DNA of 64,000 bases from Lama glama (taxonomy: Eukaryota). The notes beneath the pieces were generated by a model that had not been told where the DNA came from, did no database searches, and saw only the letters and a program-made list of their open reading frames with translations. Made by a program: the position numbers and the translations under genes. Numbering within the stretch: the first letter of the stretch is position 1; each line of letters opens with the position of its first letter. Location: NCBI GenBank assembly GCA_028534125.1, contig CM052824.1, positions 60,016,001-60,080,000 of the forward strand, read 5' to 3'. Positions 36,276 through 50,081 of this stretch are shown one piece after another.

Positions 36276-38453
36276 GCTCTAGAGCGAGCCCTTTCCAGCC
36301 TGGGAACCCAGGGCCTCCGTGCAGGGGCAAGTTCTCTGACTCGGATTCCTTCCACTGCGCATGTGGTCTCTGTTCTTCAGACCATGTCTTAGAAGTGTTT
36401 TCTCAGCCTTACCTGTGGCTCGAGCTACTGAAGCTGAAACCGCCTGTGAAACACACACACATACACCTCTGAGAATTTCCTGTGACGCTGGTGACCAGGC
36501 TGCCTGCAGGGCTGGGCTCTGGTCTGGGGGCTGGAGTCTGAGCCTGAGCCTCAGTTTCCCCTCTGCAACAGGGAGAACGTTCCCCAGGGCAGCAACTCCA
36601 AGCTGCACGGGTCACAGAGACGGTGCCACCTGGAAGCCTGTCCAATCATCTGCAAACCCACAACACCGGGATTTAACTGCAGGTGTACACACAGCACATA
36701 GCACACGATTTCTGCTTGAATAATTCAATATAGTCGCCCTCTAGACAGTCTCAGCCGGGTTACTTTTTAAAAATAAGATGATACTAAAAATGGCTGATTT
36801 TCTGTAATTGAGAAAGAAAAGGAGCCGGAAGTGCCAAAGGCCCTTCTTGCAAATGTCTCAAGAAAGCACTGCACTGCTGCCCACGTGACCAAGGACTCGG
36901 CGAAGGCACTGGTACGGGGAGCGGTGACAGAGGACCTTTCGGGACCACTCGGCCTTGGAGGGTCAGAAGGTGGCTGGTTGCAGCTCCCTGCTCCACTGCC
37001 CCAGAATATCAGCCTCAGCCAGACCCTCTTATTCTGCCAGTTTGGAAAATTCTAGAGCCAGTCCTTGGCCAAGAGACACACCCATGGCCCAGAACTCAGG
37101 GAGGGCCCCGCCCGGGGAGGCGGGGTTGAGGCAACTGTGGCGCGGCCAGTGGACACGCGCAGAGGGAACGCAGCCAGTTCCACGCACAACGGTATCGCTT
37201 CCACAAACCGCCCAGGAGAAGGGAGCCCGGGCTGGCTCCGGCCCGTCCAAGGTCCTGATGGGGCAGGTGTGGAGATGGGGACAGCCCTTTCGGGACCTGG
37301 GAGCCGGACACAGTGGAGCTGCATTCTCTGCGGTCGAATGTGGGGTGTCACCTAGACTGTGGTTTGAAGCGTGACCATGCCTGGTAAATCCCAATCTAGG
37401 TTTCAGTTCATGTCCTCGTCTTCTTCTCTGTGTCCTCCCCAGGTGCGAGCCTTTACCAGATCACTGAATAATTTTTCTCGTCACTGGAAACAAAACTTCC
37501 CCACATTTTGGACTAAGCCATTCAAAGGCCACCATGATGCCACTTGTGGGACAGTCCCCAGCGAGCATAGCCCCCAGCGTCCCCTTCTGAGTCAGAGGGA
37601 TTCCAGCGCCCTTGAGTGGGTGGATTCCTGCATTTACTTCCCCGGCTTCTCCCCCAACCCCACCCCCAAGCACAAGAAGGCCTGGAGTACGTCACCCCCT
37701 GGCGTGGCAGTGCCTCCCTCACCCTGCGTGAGAGTGCGAACGCAAAACCAGTTCTGTGAGGAGCATGCCGGCTCCTTGTGTCCACCGAGAACTTCCACCT
37801 CCGTGTAGGGGTCCTGGCGGGGCAGCCACGGTGGAGTCCAGCCCACCCACGCAGGCCACGTTCCCTCGTTCCATCGGAGGCCCTCCCCTGCCTCCTGGCC
37901 TTGCACACCCCTGGGTTTGGATGGGCGGGAGCTGCCCCTCAAGGGCCAGCGGCTGGTTCACAAGCTCGTCCCCTTCAGGGCCAGGCAGAAGGCCACAGAG
38001 GGGGCTCTTTCCACGTCTCAGCTGGGGTCTCCTGGATGCCTGCCCTGCAGCCTCAGGACAAACCTGGGGGGCCTCTAAATGGCGGCTCATTCAGGCCAGA
38101 CCCTCTGAATAAAGAGCAGGTGAAGCCCAGGACAGAGGCTGTGTGGGTGAGACCCCCAGCCTGGTCCTGAGCCCACCGGCAGTGCCACCCCCTAGCTCCG
38201 GGCCGCCGAGCAAGGACACGCACACAGGGGTCTCTGGAGGGCGAGTGTGGGGTGGGGCCAGAGGCGCCGCGTCAGGGCAGAGCCAGACTCAGCCAGGACC
38301 CGAGCACCCCAGCCTCCTGCAGGCCTCGCAGCTTCCCTGGGTGCCTGATAGTGGCAGAGCAGACCAGGACTCTAAAGATCTTGGAGGCATGACAGGAACT
38401 GTTTCAGAGAAAGAAGTCAGAAAAGTGGGGGGTCCCAGGCTCCTACTTAGGTC

Positions 38454-38600
38454 CCGTGGCTCTCAGTCGGGGGGCCCTGCCGCCCAGGGGATGTCGGTAA
38501 CATCTGGAGACACCTGGTTGTCACAGCTGGGGAGGGCGTGTTACTAGCATCTGGCCTTGCCCAGGACGGTACCCACTGCAGAGTCCCAGGCCGCATGGGT
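38454..38600 (+). mobile_element. MER20 (hAT-Charlie) fragment
   Basis: gtggctctcagtcggggggc...cccaggggatgtcggtaacatctggagacacctggttgtcacagctgggg...ttactagcatctgg matches the recalled MER20 5' half. Confidence 0.8.
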
Positions 38601-41175
38601 CCACAGAAATGCCTTTGTGGGGGTCACTTCCCCCCGTGGCTCCGTGGGGCTGACACCCCTGAGGCAGACAGTCTGGCTGTGACTGTGGGCCCCTCACAGG
38701 CTGCAGAGGGACTGGCCCTCAGACCGCAGGCCACAGTGGACAGGCCCTGAGCTGGCTGCTCCCCCGTGTTCTGACTCCACTGTTACAGCAGCCCGAGGGC
38801 CGGGACCACTTCTGTCGGGCTTGCTGAGGCACTGCGTGGCGGGCGGTGGGGGGAGGCGACCTTTTCACAGCCGCCGAAGTAACAGGTGGCAGAGCCAGGA
38901 TTCAGACCCGTGGCAGGGACCGGGTCTCGGGCCGCTCGGAGTTGGGCAAAGGGCCTCTCAGGTCCCGCCGCCCACGGCAGGGATCGTGACCCCGTCTAAG
39001 GGCGACTGCCTTAGACCGCGTCCTCGCCTGCGTCAGCTCTGCCCAGCGCCTCTGAACCTCAGACGCACTTTGCTTCCTCTTTGGAACTGTCCACGGCAGT
39101 GCCAGGGCCTCCCCGGGAGCAAAGCTTCAGGTATCTTTGCCGCGAGCAGATGCCAAGGGCGTTAAGATCATAAAACTTGCTGCTAGAAAGGAAACAGGTC
39201 AGGCCCTGATGTCCAGGGAGCTCGCACAGCAGGGACGCTTGGACTGGTGGACTTAATTAAATGACTGCGCTTTGTGGTTGCGAATTTCCTTTCAAGCCAT
39301 AAGAAGGGGCTAAAAGCGCTGGCTAGAACTCTCTCTGGGAAGCTCTTTCGGAGACGCAAGCAGCGGGGCTGGCGCACTGGCGCCTATGGACGTGCCCGCC
39401 TGCTGACGGCTGCCTCCACCCGCGACGGTGCTTCAGGCTCTGGGTCCCGACTTGGCCTGTTTCTCCCGGGCCTTCCCGGAAGCTGGCTCACGGTGAGACG
39501 TGCAGGCGTGTGGTCTCTCTGCCCCCCAGTGCCGGCTGGCTCAGCCTCTCGGACGGGTCCTCGCTTCCAGGACCAGACACCAGGCCCGCGGCACCCCTGC
39601 AGAGGAGCCCCGTCGGGGAGACGCGAGCTGCTCCCTTCTCCTTCTGTCTCTGTGACCGGGGCTTGTGTGAGACCAGGCTGTGTCTCGCATTCACTCACCC
39701 AAACACCATTTCTGGAGACCTTCGTAAAGGCATGTTCCCTTCATCAGGCCCCAGGACCTCGTCCCTAACTCCAATCATCCGGCCTCCCAGGGAGAAATTT
39801 CCTTACCGCTGCTCGGGGAACAGATTTATGATCCGCAGGAAAAGTAAATCGTGCAACTGCCATCTCGTCTGGCATCCAGGTCTCTGCCCCCAGGGCCCCG
39901 AAGCGCTTTCCTCCTGGGGGTCAGGAGCCCCGCGTCTGCCCTCAGACGCACCGTGCGGGCTGCCTGCTGGACGGTCCTCCCCCCACTCCCCGTGCCAGAC
40001 CTGCCACGGGACCCCTGGGGGCCTCGTTGTGAGTAAATGTGCTTACCCAGCCCGAAGGGCACAGATCCGCGCCCACCCAGCGGCCGCTCCTGGAAACGGC
40101 CTGGCTCAGCCTGGGGTGCGCGCATGGCTGTGGTCTCTCCCCAGCGCCTGGATAAACCTACACGGTCAAGTCAGAGCCCGCCAAACCGCTTGTGCTCAGC
40201 CACAGTTCTGTGGTGAGGAGCTCACGAAGGCTCCAGAACAGGGGGTGTTCGGCTCAGCCCAGCGACACCTCGAAAGGGCCAGGACGTGTGGTCTAAGGAC
40301 ACAGGCTCTGTTCCTGCCTGGGCACCGGGCAGGCCTGGTGGACAGGAGGGACATGAGGCCCCCAGGGAGCAGTGGCACGGCCGGGCTCCCAGCGGGGCCC
40401 CAAAACAAAGCTACAGCACTGACAGCCCGTTTCCATCCCGAATGCCTACTTTCGGGCGCAGACACGCTGGGATCCCCTCACGCTCACAGGCCAGCCCTAC
40501 CGGGTCGACACAGGAGAGGGGCCAGGCCCATGGGGGTCAGTGGGCGCTCGAAGGCCACCACTGCCAGCTCTGTGACTCTGCCACTGGCTGAGGGAAGTGG
40601 TGAAGCAGTGCCACTCAGTGCTGTTGGTAATGGGGACGAGCTGGGGCGCAGCTAACCCGTCTCCGACTCGCAGGAACCTCTGGGGAAATCGGACCATCAT
40701 GAAGCGGCTGGTTGGGGCAGCGCTGGGCCAGGTCGGGGCGGCGGGCACGCACTGCCCCCGCTGCTCTCTGCCAAGTCCTGGAGTCTGGAGTTGGGGCTCT
40801 TTGAGTCCCCTGGGCATTCAGACCCCTCCCCGCCTGAGAGGGTTAACTGTGCGGGACCTGGAGATTCCGGCCGTTAATCCGGCACATGCTGCCCACACTC
40901 GGAGGGCAGGGTGGGCAAAGGGGCAGCCGGCTCCCCTCGCCGTGGGGGGGGCTCTGAATAGCAAGTCAGCTACGCCAGGCGGGCAATTCCTCGGGGCCGG
41001 GCCAGCCAGGAGCGCCTGTCCGCGGCTCCCGGGGGCGCCCCGGCCCCCGAACCTCACACACACCAGGCCCCTTTCATCGCCACTGGGCCCGCCTCGGAGT
41101 CAGACCCCGCCCGCTCCTAATCCTTATTCTCTTTAAAAAACGGATTAGGAAAATCTCATCTGGAAAATTAATTAA

Positions 41176-41225
41176 TGTGTGAATTCAACAAATATTTACT
41201 GAGCATAGCACTTTGTGAAGGCTAT
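41176..41225 (-). mobile_element. L2 LINE 3' end remnant
   Basis: attcaacaaatatttactgagca is the reverse of the L2 terminal motif. Confidence 0.6.
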
Positions 41226-42840
41226 TTTTTTACATAACCTGCATGCTCCCCTTTGGGGGGGCAGTCAGGTCCCTGGCCGGTCCGCTTCTCTGTCTCCCAG
41301 GTTGGATGGCCACTTCTCGTAACACTGTTCTCTAATTCAGCTATGAGGATATATTTCTTTCATACACAACCAGCCACCAAAGCACACCTGAAATGTCCAA
41401 CTTTTAAGTGGAGGTAGAAAAATCAGACGACCTCATGGGAGACGGGGCTCCCTGGCGGGCAGGGCCCGGCTACCCCGGGCGACACGGCCCGCGGTCCCGG
41501 AAAGCTGCAGGCGAGGCGCTCTCGGGAGCCCCTTGACAAGTGCCCGGCAATTGTGTCTGCTGTCATCCCACTGCTGGCACTGGGGATTGCTTTCAACGCC
41601 CCATTCTCCCGTCCCCTCCGGTCACTGGCTGTAGGTAAGTATATCGTCCGGCAGCCGCCCCCGCCCCCAGCCAAACAAAAGTGAGCCGGCCCAGCCCCTC
41701 CCCAAGAAAGGGGGCCGAGCCTTTCACAGGCAGTGAATGGGGCTCCTCACTGAGGCCGCATTATAGCCGGGCCTTCATTTCCCCTTCCTTCTTTCCCGCA
41801 TTCAGGGGGGCTCTGACTTCAGCTAATTCGGTAACAATCCCACCGCGCCTTCCCAGCGCCTGGCTCGGGGGCACATTGTCTGGGGCGCAGCCTTCCCCCC
41901 GGCCGGGTCCGCTCTCCAATTAGCCAACCGCTGGGCCCTCTGTCCCTCTCCACTCCTTCCTGCCGGCCGGCCGTTTTTAACCGTTTCCTTTTGAGCTGGA
42001 CTCCCGAGGGCCTTCGGGGGAGAGCAAGGTCGGTGCCTGGTCGGCCAGGGTGGAGACAGACACACACAGCCTTCCAGAGCCGGCACCGGCCTTGCCGAGA
42101 GCGGCAAGACCAGGCAGCCGGCCTGCGCATCCCACACCGCACCCCCGCTGGCCCCTCCGGGCCGGGCCAGGCTCTGAGGACTTCAGACGCTCCCGGTGCC
42201 TCTGTCTCCCTCAGGGCCAGTTTCTCCTCTAACTGCCGCCTCAGGGTGTAGGGGCCAGTCTGGGGTCTTGTACCACTCCGGTCCCGACGACCACATCCCT
42301 CCAAAGTGTCGACACTACATGTTTTACCCCCAACCCAATTTCTCCCACTTGAAGAAAACAGGTCCAAAGGCGGGCAGGGAGCGGGCGGGACCCACGTTCC
42401 CTCGGGGCTTTTCTGTGCAGGTTCACAGAGCGCGCGCACACACATGCACGCACACACGCACACACACCCCCTGGGGCGCAGGGGAAGGCAGCAGGGGCGG
42501 GGCGGGGCAGAGAGGGGTCAACCCAGTTCCAGTGTCGACTTCACAGCTATCATCTTCACGTGGAAGACACTGAAATCGGCTGAAAATGCAGGGCCTGGAG
42601 AGGTCCCTGAGCACTGACCAGGTGAGCAAGGTGGTCAGGAACTAATGGCCCCCTGGGTCCCCACCCCCACGCTCCCAGTCCCGCACGGCCCCTCTTGGTG
42701 TCCCAGGAGGACACCTGGCCAGGAGGCCTTGGGCGCCAGCCTCCATGCAGGGACACCAGGACCAGGTGTGTGCCACCACCAGCTTGGCCAGCTGCGGCCC
42801 CCAGGAATGGCTCAACCCAGGTGTTTGATCTCCGAGGGTC

Positions 42841-43260
42841 TGTTCCGGGTTGAACAGCGTCCCCCTGGTTCATCTGCTGAAGTCCTAACCCCCAGTACCT
42901 CCTAACGTGACCTGATGTGGAAGCAGCACCCTTACAGCTGTAATTCATTCAGAGGAGGTCACACCAGGGTAGGTGAGACCCCATGCAATATGACTGGACA
43001 CAGACATGCAGATGGGGACAGTGTGCGTGAAGCTGCAGGCAGGGGTCTTGGGGTGGTGTGCCAGTAAGCATGTCCACACGCCCAGCAAACCGCCAAGGCC
43101 CGGAGGGAGGCCGCGGACAGGTGCTCCCCGGGAGGCTGCGAAGGGAGCGAGGTGCTGCCGACACCTTGGTTCCGGGCTTCCAGCCTCCAGACTGAGAGCG
43201 TGTCTGGCTGAAGCTGCCCGGCGGCTGGAGCTTGGCGGGGACCCAGCGCAGGTCACTCCG
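42841..43260 (+). mobile_element. MaLR solo LTR (MLT1B/C-like)
   Basis: Begins tgttccgggttgaacagcgtccccc...tgaagtcctaacccccagtacctc and contains ctgccgacaccttggttccgggcttccagcctccagactgagag, both characteristic of MLT1. Confidence 0.85.
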
Positions 43261-44109
43261 GGTGCAGCAGCCTCCTTGCTCTGCCGTGTGCACTGTGTTC
43301 CGATCCTTCCACTGCCCATCAACCGATTTCCTCCCCTTAACTGGCTTATTTGAAAATGGCCATGGAAAGAGAACTCACCAAGGCCATTTGGGCGGTAACG
43401 TCATTCTTTTCAAAATGCCTCATCATTTACTAAACCCAGGATCGTAGGAGCTGGAGGGAGCCATCTGAGGGATTCTTGCCGAAGACCCCTGGCTCCCCCT
43501 TCAGCGTGACTTCCTGCGGAAAAGCAGTGAGCAGACTGGACGCAGCTTCTGCACCAGCAGGGAGCCGGGGGGTGCTTGCTTCCATTGATCTCGGTGGCTT
43601 CGAGGCCGGTTAGCCCGTCAGAGAAGGGGCAGCCTGTCCAGGGGAGCAGAGCTTCTGTGAAGAGAGACCACAGGCCAAGTGCTCAGTCAGGAGCCGCCCA
43701 AGGGTCCCACGTGGACCCTTCAGCACAGAGGCTGCGCCCACCTGGCCTGTCACTGGGAGCCGACCTTCCCGGGAATGCTGAAACGCGCAGGTCGCCGTCC
43801 TAGGCCCACGGGGCCTGTTTTGAAAGCGCTGGGGGTAGGTGTTTCGTGTTTCTGAACGGGCACATTTGTGTCCTCGAGCAAGGCGGCTCACATGGCTTGG
43901 AAGACTCACTTGCATTTCAGCTCACAGTGGAAAGAGAAAGAAACGCTTGTACGGAAATTGCAATGACCAGGGTGGGGGTGGAGGGAAGCCCAGGGAAAAG
44001 TTATCCACTTTTTCCCTCAGATCCATCCAAGAAATCTCTCTCCAGCTCTTGAAGATCAGAGTGCTCAAATCAGGTGCCTTCAGGGCAACTCCCTGCAGCG
44101 CTTGCCTAA

Positions 44110-44150
44110 CCCACGGGGAAACTGAGGCTCAGAGATGGGGTGGTTGCTCG
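44110..44150 (-). mobile_element. Short MIR core remnant
   Basis: ggggaaactgaggctcagagatgggg. Confidence 0.55.
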
Positions 44151-44559
44151 GTCTTTGTCCGCGGCATGGCCCCGGCCCCGTGACACAAACATCTTAGTCT
44201 CTGCCTTTGCATCTCAGGAACCTTCATGAATTTATATGACGCTTAAAAGGACCAAACAAAAAAGGCTGGCAGTGACCATTCCGTCCGTCGCCTACTCGGC
44301 GTTAACAGGTGTTAACAGGCATTGACAGGTAACACCACGGCGGGTCTTGGCTCTCTGGGATTTTGAGGCACTTTAAGACAAAGGCTCTAAATTGCCCCGA
44401 CTCCCGAGGCACCAAGGAACTGGCAGGGCAGCCTTGCCAGCGTCTCCCTGCGTCTCCCAGCTCCTCCAGCGTCTCTGAGCACCTCCAGCATCTTCCCACG
44501 TCTCTCCAGGGGCTCCCAGCAGAAGGGACCTGCTCCTTTCCTGGAAACGAGGGGAGTGA

Positions 44560-44670
44560 GCGGGGCCCTGGTTTGGAGCAGGAGTCCGACCTGTTGGGTT
44601 GCAGCTGCTCCGTCAGCAACATCGTCGGCCTCCCTGGCACTCAGTTTCCCTTCATGGAAAATGGAGAGGA
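44560..44670 (+). mobile_element. MIR SINE remnant
   Basis: cctccctggcactcagtttcccttcatggaaaatggag. Confidence 0.55.
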
Positions 44671-47600
44671 GGGTGTCCCAGAGGTGAAGTGGGGGCAGCA
44701 CAACAGCCCCAGGGGAGCCATCTCCAGGGAACGTGTGGGCTCCTGGAGCTGGGAAGCCTGGACACTGGGAGGGGCCGGGTACTGGGAGCAGCACCCCCGG
44801 AGGATGGCTCCACCTGGAGAGGCGGCAGCTGCTCAGCCTCTGCCTCCGGGGACTGGAGGGACGCCCGCCCCGGGGACGTGCACTCCCTCCCTGAGGCAGC
44901 CCGGAGCACAGGGCACTGGAGGGGCTGGCTGAGTACAGCTGTGCCCCCGAGGACCAGGCATCCTGCTCTGGGGACGCATGGCTTCTGAGAATCCGAGCAG
45001 ACGTGTCTAAAGGGAGGAAGACGGGGCGCTGGGCCTGGGCTGGGCTCCAGGCCCGCAGGCGGGCATCCTCTGTAATCAGCGCATCCTCTCGGGAGGGTCC
45101 GGAAGCCACTCGTTAAAGGGTGGAGGCAGGTGCTGACCTGGGGCAGGCCGTTCTCCATCCAGTTGGTCCAGCCGGAGATTCTGCATCCTCTATCCCGGGG
45201 CTGGGAGGGCGCTGGGCGACGTGCGGCCCTGGGACGGACGGCAGGAGCCTGACTGGCCCACTGTTTGGGGTCACCCCATCTTGGACGCATTTTAGATTCC
45301 AAGTAGGATTAAGCAAGGACGTCAGTCCAAGACCGACCCTCAGACCCAGGGAGTCCGGTGTCGTCCTCGGGCTGTCAGTGGGCCGTGGGTTTCGGCGGGA
45401 GCCTCTCCAGACGGGGCTGGGGCGGAACTCGGCTCATTTCTGGACTGTGTGTCTGGCTGAGGGAAGCAAGCTCGGTTGACATCGGGAGCCCGGGGCCGCC
45501 AGCGTGTCACTAGAAACTAGACACTCCACTTCCCTTGGCCCCGCGAGGCCCTTCGAGGGTCGGGTGCTCCGAGTGGTCATCCCATGTCCTCGGCGCTGAG
45601 TCACAAGCCCTGGTGGTGGCCAGTCTGACTCATCGGGAGCTGGTCCCCAGGCCTGGCTGCAGGCCTCACCGGGGGGGGGGGGCGGCAGGAGGTGCTGAGA
45701 CACCAGGGGCTGGGAGCTCAGCTGGCGACCCAGCCTCTCCCCGAGGCGGGGGGCAGGGCCGGCCCCCGGCTGGGCTGCTCTCCCGAACGTCCAGGCTGGT
45801 TCCTGGAGGGCCGGAAAGTGCACTGCTCAGCCCTGGGGCTGCGAGCCCTCTGTCCCCGGAGGGGCTCTCAAGTCAGCTCTGCGGAAGTCGTGCCCACACG
45901 ATGCAGGCGTCCCAGAAAGGGAAGTAGCTTTCCTTCAGCATGGCAGCCCCATGACGTTATTAATGGTGTTTGAAGGCTTCTGTCAAAATGCAAAACGGAC
46001 CTCTTTGTTCTCTCTTTCCTCAAACGAAGGCAGTGAGGTTCCTGCAACTTCAGCTGCCTTCCCTGAGCCCTCGCTCAGGCCCCCACCTGCCATCCTCCCC
46101 CCGCCCCAGCCTCTTGCCGGTCTCTCACCCTCTCCCGTCCACGCTGCGTCAGGACTGAAGTCTGTGCCCAAAGGCTGCAGGTGGCATCTTTTGGTGGGAG
46201 GTTTGGGGCCAGTAAAGGGTGTGAAAATGAGCCTCTCGGCAGTCCCCTCCTTGGGGACTTTCCTTCTGGAGCCCCTGACCGGGCTGGCTGAGGGCCGGAC
46301 AAACACCCGAGCCCCCACTGCGTTTTCAGGGGAGCCCAGCACAGCGTCGAGGAAACCTGAGCGGTTCTTCAGATCTGCGGACGACCTCCACATCTCTCCT
46401 TACTGTACCCTGAGTCTGCAGGAGCACCCCCGATGGAAGACTTTGGTGGGTCCACAGAACCTCCAGCCTCCTGCAGCATGGCAGCCCCCCTCCTGGGGGA
46501 CACCTGGCTGCACAGCTGGGCGGCAACGGGACCTCGGAGAGGGAGTCATTACCTGGGGTCCCTGCTGGAAGGACAGAAGCAAGCCCCCAGCCTGTGTGAA
46601 GAGATGAACTTGCAGGGCGCCATCTTTAATTTGGGGGCAGTCTGACACCCCAGGATCTAGCACTGTGCCAAGGAGGTTCGAGGGCTCAGCCCCCAGCTGA
46701 ACCCGGGAGGCCTGGAGCCTCCAAACCTCCCGGGGAGAGCGCGGGAGAGGCAGGAGGGGGCCGCGGCACCAGCCCTGAGGGCGCCAGCCGCCTCTGGGAT
46801 CTCAGACTTGAGACAGGGTCCCCGTGGCCTCCGCAGGGGGACGGTGCAGTGCCCTGCCGCCCTGCCTGCTGGGCTGGTGCAGGGCGTGGGCCGCCTCCAG
46901 TGCCTGCCAGTCCCCAGCAACGGCCTCCGGGCCCCCGTGACATCCCAGAGCATTCTCCTCGCCAGCCTTGACCTTCGGGGCCGGGACCGCCCTCTGGTCG
47001 CCACCGCCTCCCAGGGTCCCCTGCTGCCATCGCTGTCACCACCATCCCTGCGTCCAGGGGACGGCCCAGGGCCCGTCTGGGGCTGGGAGCCCCAGGAGTG
47101 GGGCGAGAGGCAGGGGTTCCCTGCAGGGGCCACCCCGGGGCCAGTGCCCACACCAGCACCACAAGGGCTGCCCCGCGAGGTCGCATGCCCTGGCGCGCCC
47201 TGGGCTGAGCCGGCTCAGCCGGCCGAACGAGGAGCACCCCTGGGCGAGGGTCACGCGTGCCTCTTGGCCCCTCTGGGTCTTCACACACGTGAGGCTCCTT
47301 AAGGTCCGCTCCACGGGCTATTCCAGTGTGAATCAAGCTCTGGGAGCCAGGGCAACCGGAAACTTCTAGAAGGGCCCTCCTGGGAAGGTCCTCAGCCGCA
47401 AGGTGCTCCCTGTGTTGACTCGTGTGGGGTCTGGCCCAGGAGCGGCCTCTCCTCCCAGCTTCCTGCCAGGGGAGCCTGGTGCCGGGAGGCGGGCAAACCT
47501 GAGAGCGGCTGTCCCGGGGCTCAGCGGCCTCCCCTGGGGGCCCTGGGGCTGCGGGCCGTTTCGTCATCATCATCTTCAGCGAGTCCAGTCTGGCTCAGGC

Positions 47601-49955
47601 TTTGCCACAGGGCTTTGCTTCTGCCTTGAAGGAGGCCAGGGGAGGGGGCTCAGCTACTTGCAGGCCCCAGTCTCCCTGGCGAGCACCTGGCTCTGCCTTC
47701 CAGGCGTGCCCCTTCCTTCCCCACGGCCACGGACGCGCGCACCCCGCGAACCCCAAGGCGGCTGCGAGAACGAAGCAGCCAGGCGTCCGAGTCCCTGGCC
47801 ACCCCCGCTCTTGGCAGTGCTCTCCCGGCCTCGCTGAGTGCTGGGCTGAAAGGAAGGCTGATAAATTAGTCTAGAGGGAAACAAGGCCGCTTCTACTTGT
47901 AAAAGGTCAGTGCGACTTTGTTCTGGGTGAGGGTTTATCTCCGCTGCCGCGGGGACAGACAATGCCTCAGGCCTGAATGGCAGGGATCTCAGCTCCGCTC
48001 GAGCAATGAAGGCGCTGATAAGCCAGAGTGGACTTTAGAAAGATCTAAATGGGAAAGGAGTGGATGTAGGCATTTTCGAACATGATTGAACAGGGATGAC
48101 ACAATGGGACGTGCAATTAAACTGGGCATTAGCCCAGAAGGCAGAAAAGCAGACAGCAAGTCAGACAGAGGTGGTTCCCGGGCCCGCTGCGGGCTGGTGA
48201 GCCTGGCCCCGCCCTGGCCGGCTGGGCAGGGCGGGGGGGGGGGGCGCAGCCGGGCTGAGGACCGCGCTAGGGACGGGAACCACACGTGCTCCAGGCGCTG
48301 CCGCTGGATGCTGGCACCTGCTTCACCCCGACCCCCTGGAACACAGTGGTACCTGGCACGGGGGCCAGGCACACAGGTGAGCAGGGACCAGCCCGCTGAC
48401 TCCTGTGACAATGACTGGGCCAACTCGTCTTAGCATCTTCCCACTTGGAGGAGGAGACACCACCGCTGAGACCAACGTGCATCCTATTGGCTGATTTAAA
48501 CGTCACCTTCGGGCCGTTTTATTCCCTACCTCCAAATAATGTGAGAGGAGGGTGGGGCCACGGAGCACCAGGGTGCTGGCTTCCCCTGTTCCCACAGGGC
48601 CTCCTGCCGTGCGCCCAGGCTACCCTCTCATCCAGCCCCGGGACCCCAGCAAACCCAGCCGCAGCTCAGGGCCCAGCAGGGCCTGGGGATTGAGGGTGCC
48701 CTGCACCAGCCTCGGGCCTGCAGGGGACCCTCCGTGGCCACTGCCCCTCGGTGGGTGGTGAGTGGCCATGTCACCCTGGTTTTTGGCTGAGGCTGAGGTG
48801 GCCTGTGACGCGCTGAGAGCACATTCCTAACCTGGGGGTGACCAGCCCACAAAAATTCCCAACTCGAGAGAAGCTTTGATAAGCAGGCCTGGCTGGAAGG
48901 GCCACGCCCTTGTCCCGTGACCCAGGGGACCTTTTATGGCCTGCAACGTCTGGGACGCTTGTCTGACCCAGTAGGGAGGGAGGCCCGCGGAGGGGGTGGA
49001 CGACGGGCCGGCCAAGGCCATGCTGGGGATCCCCAGGGAGCCGCCTGGCCAGTAGCTGCCCGCCCCCAGAGGGGCCGCCCCTCCCATCCTGCTCTTCACG
49101 TACTTGACGTGGAAATCTTTCCGTATAAACGAACAGCACTGCAGATGCTCGGTCTCAGCGTGTGGGTCCCCACCACTTGCTTCCTGCCTTGGGAAGGTGG
49201 GGTCAGCCCAGAGGGTAACCCTGAGAGCCACGGCTCGGATGGCAGTGTGGGCATGGACAGAGGAGGCCAAGTTTCACATTTATGCCTTACTGGTCCCCAT
49301 CCCCCTGGGAGAGCCGAGGGCTGGGCCGTCGCCCACAGGACAGGGCAGCGGGGGTGGAGTGCCCACGGGGGCCGGGGGCTGCTCTAGCTGCCGGGGGTGC
49401 ACCGGGGGCAGTGGGGCTGGCGCAGCCCTGCTCTCAGCGCGTGCTGGTTGCGTGAAGCGCAGGGCCAACAGGCACAGCAAAGGGATGCTGGGGGCGGGGG
49501 TGGCCCTGCGCCTGGGCCCACGGTGCTGTGCCAACCTGCCACGTGACTCCGCGGGAACCCCTTCCCTCTAAGGCTCCCTGCACGGTGTCAGGCGTGCCCC
49601 CAAGTAATGTCCAGGCGTGACCCGGACAATCAGTGCCTGGGACCCCCCAGCCTTGACCATCACTGCCATGCCCTTGGGAAGGTGGCCATATCGCTGGGCA
49701 GTCTCCAGGGAGCTCCCCACCCGAGGAGGGCAGTGCTGACAGCCAGCTGTTTGGGTGGGATCCCTCGGGAGCCCCTTCCCCAGCCTCACCTGCCACCCAG
49801 AGCTCCGCCTGGAGGACAGTGGGGCAGCCAGGCTGCTCCTGGCGCACCAGTTCCCCATCCTGCCCTCCCATGGAGACAGCCCTCTTGGTTGACCCCACCC
49901 CCTCCTTCTGCTCTCTCCACCTGAGCTTGACAAGACCTGCTGTCAAGAAAGATTC

Positions 49956-50081
49956 AGGTGGGTACAGCTCAGGGGTGGGGTGCATACCTGGCATGCACGA
50001 GGTCCTGGGTTCAATCCCCAGTACCTCCATTAAATAAAGACATAAACAAACCTAATGACCTCCCCTCCAAAATGAGAGGAA
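49956..50081 (+). mobile_element. tRNA-derived SINE, camelid vic-1-like, with target-site duplication
   Basis: Degenerate A box (ggtacagctcaggggt), B box (gggttcaatccccagtacc) and A-rich tail (taaataaagacataaacaaacctaatgacctcccc). The direct repeat AAGAAAGATTC flanks it at 49945-49955 and 50082-50092. Confidence 0.88.

Noticed and set aside
48930-48939. Perfect CArG box CCTTTTATGG
   Set aside because: An isolated 10-mer in GC-rich context without supporting motifs; plausible by chance in 64 kb.
49956-50030. tRNA gene
   Set aside because: Degenerate A box, SINE tail and target-site duplication show it is a retroposed SINE.
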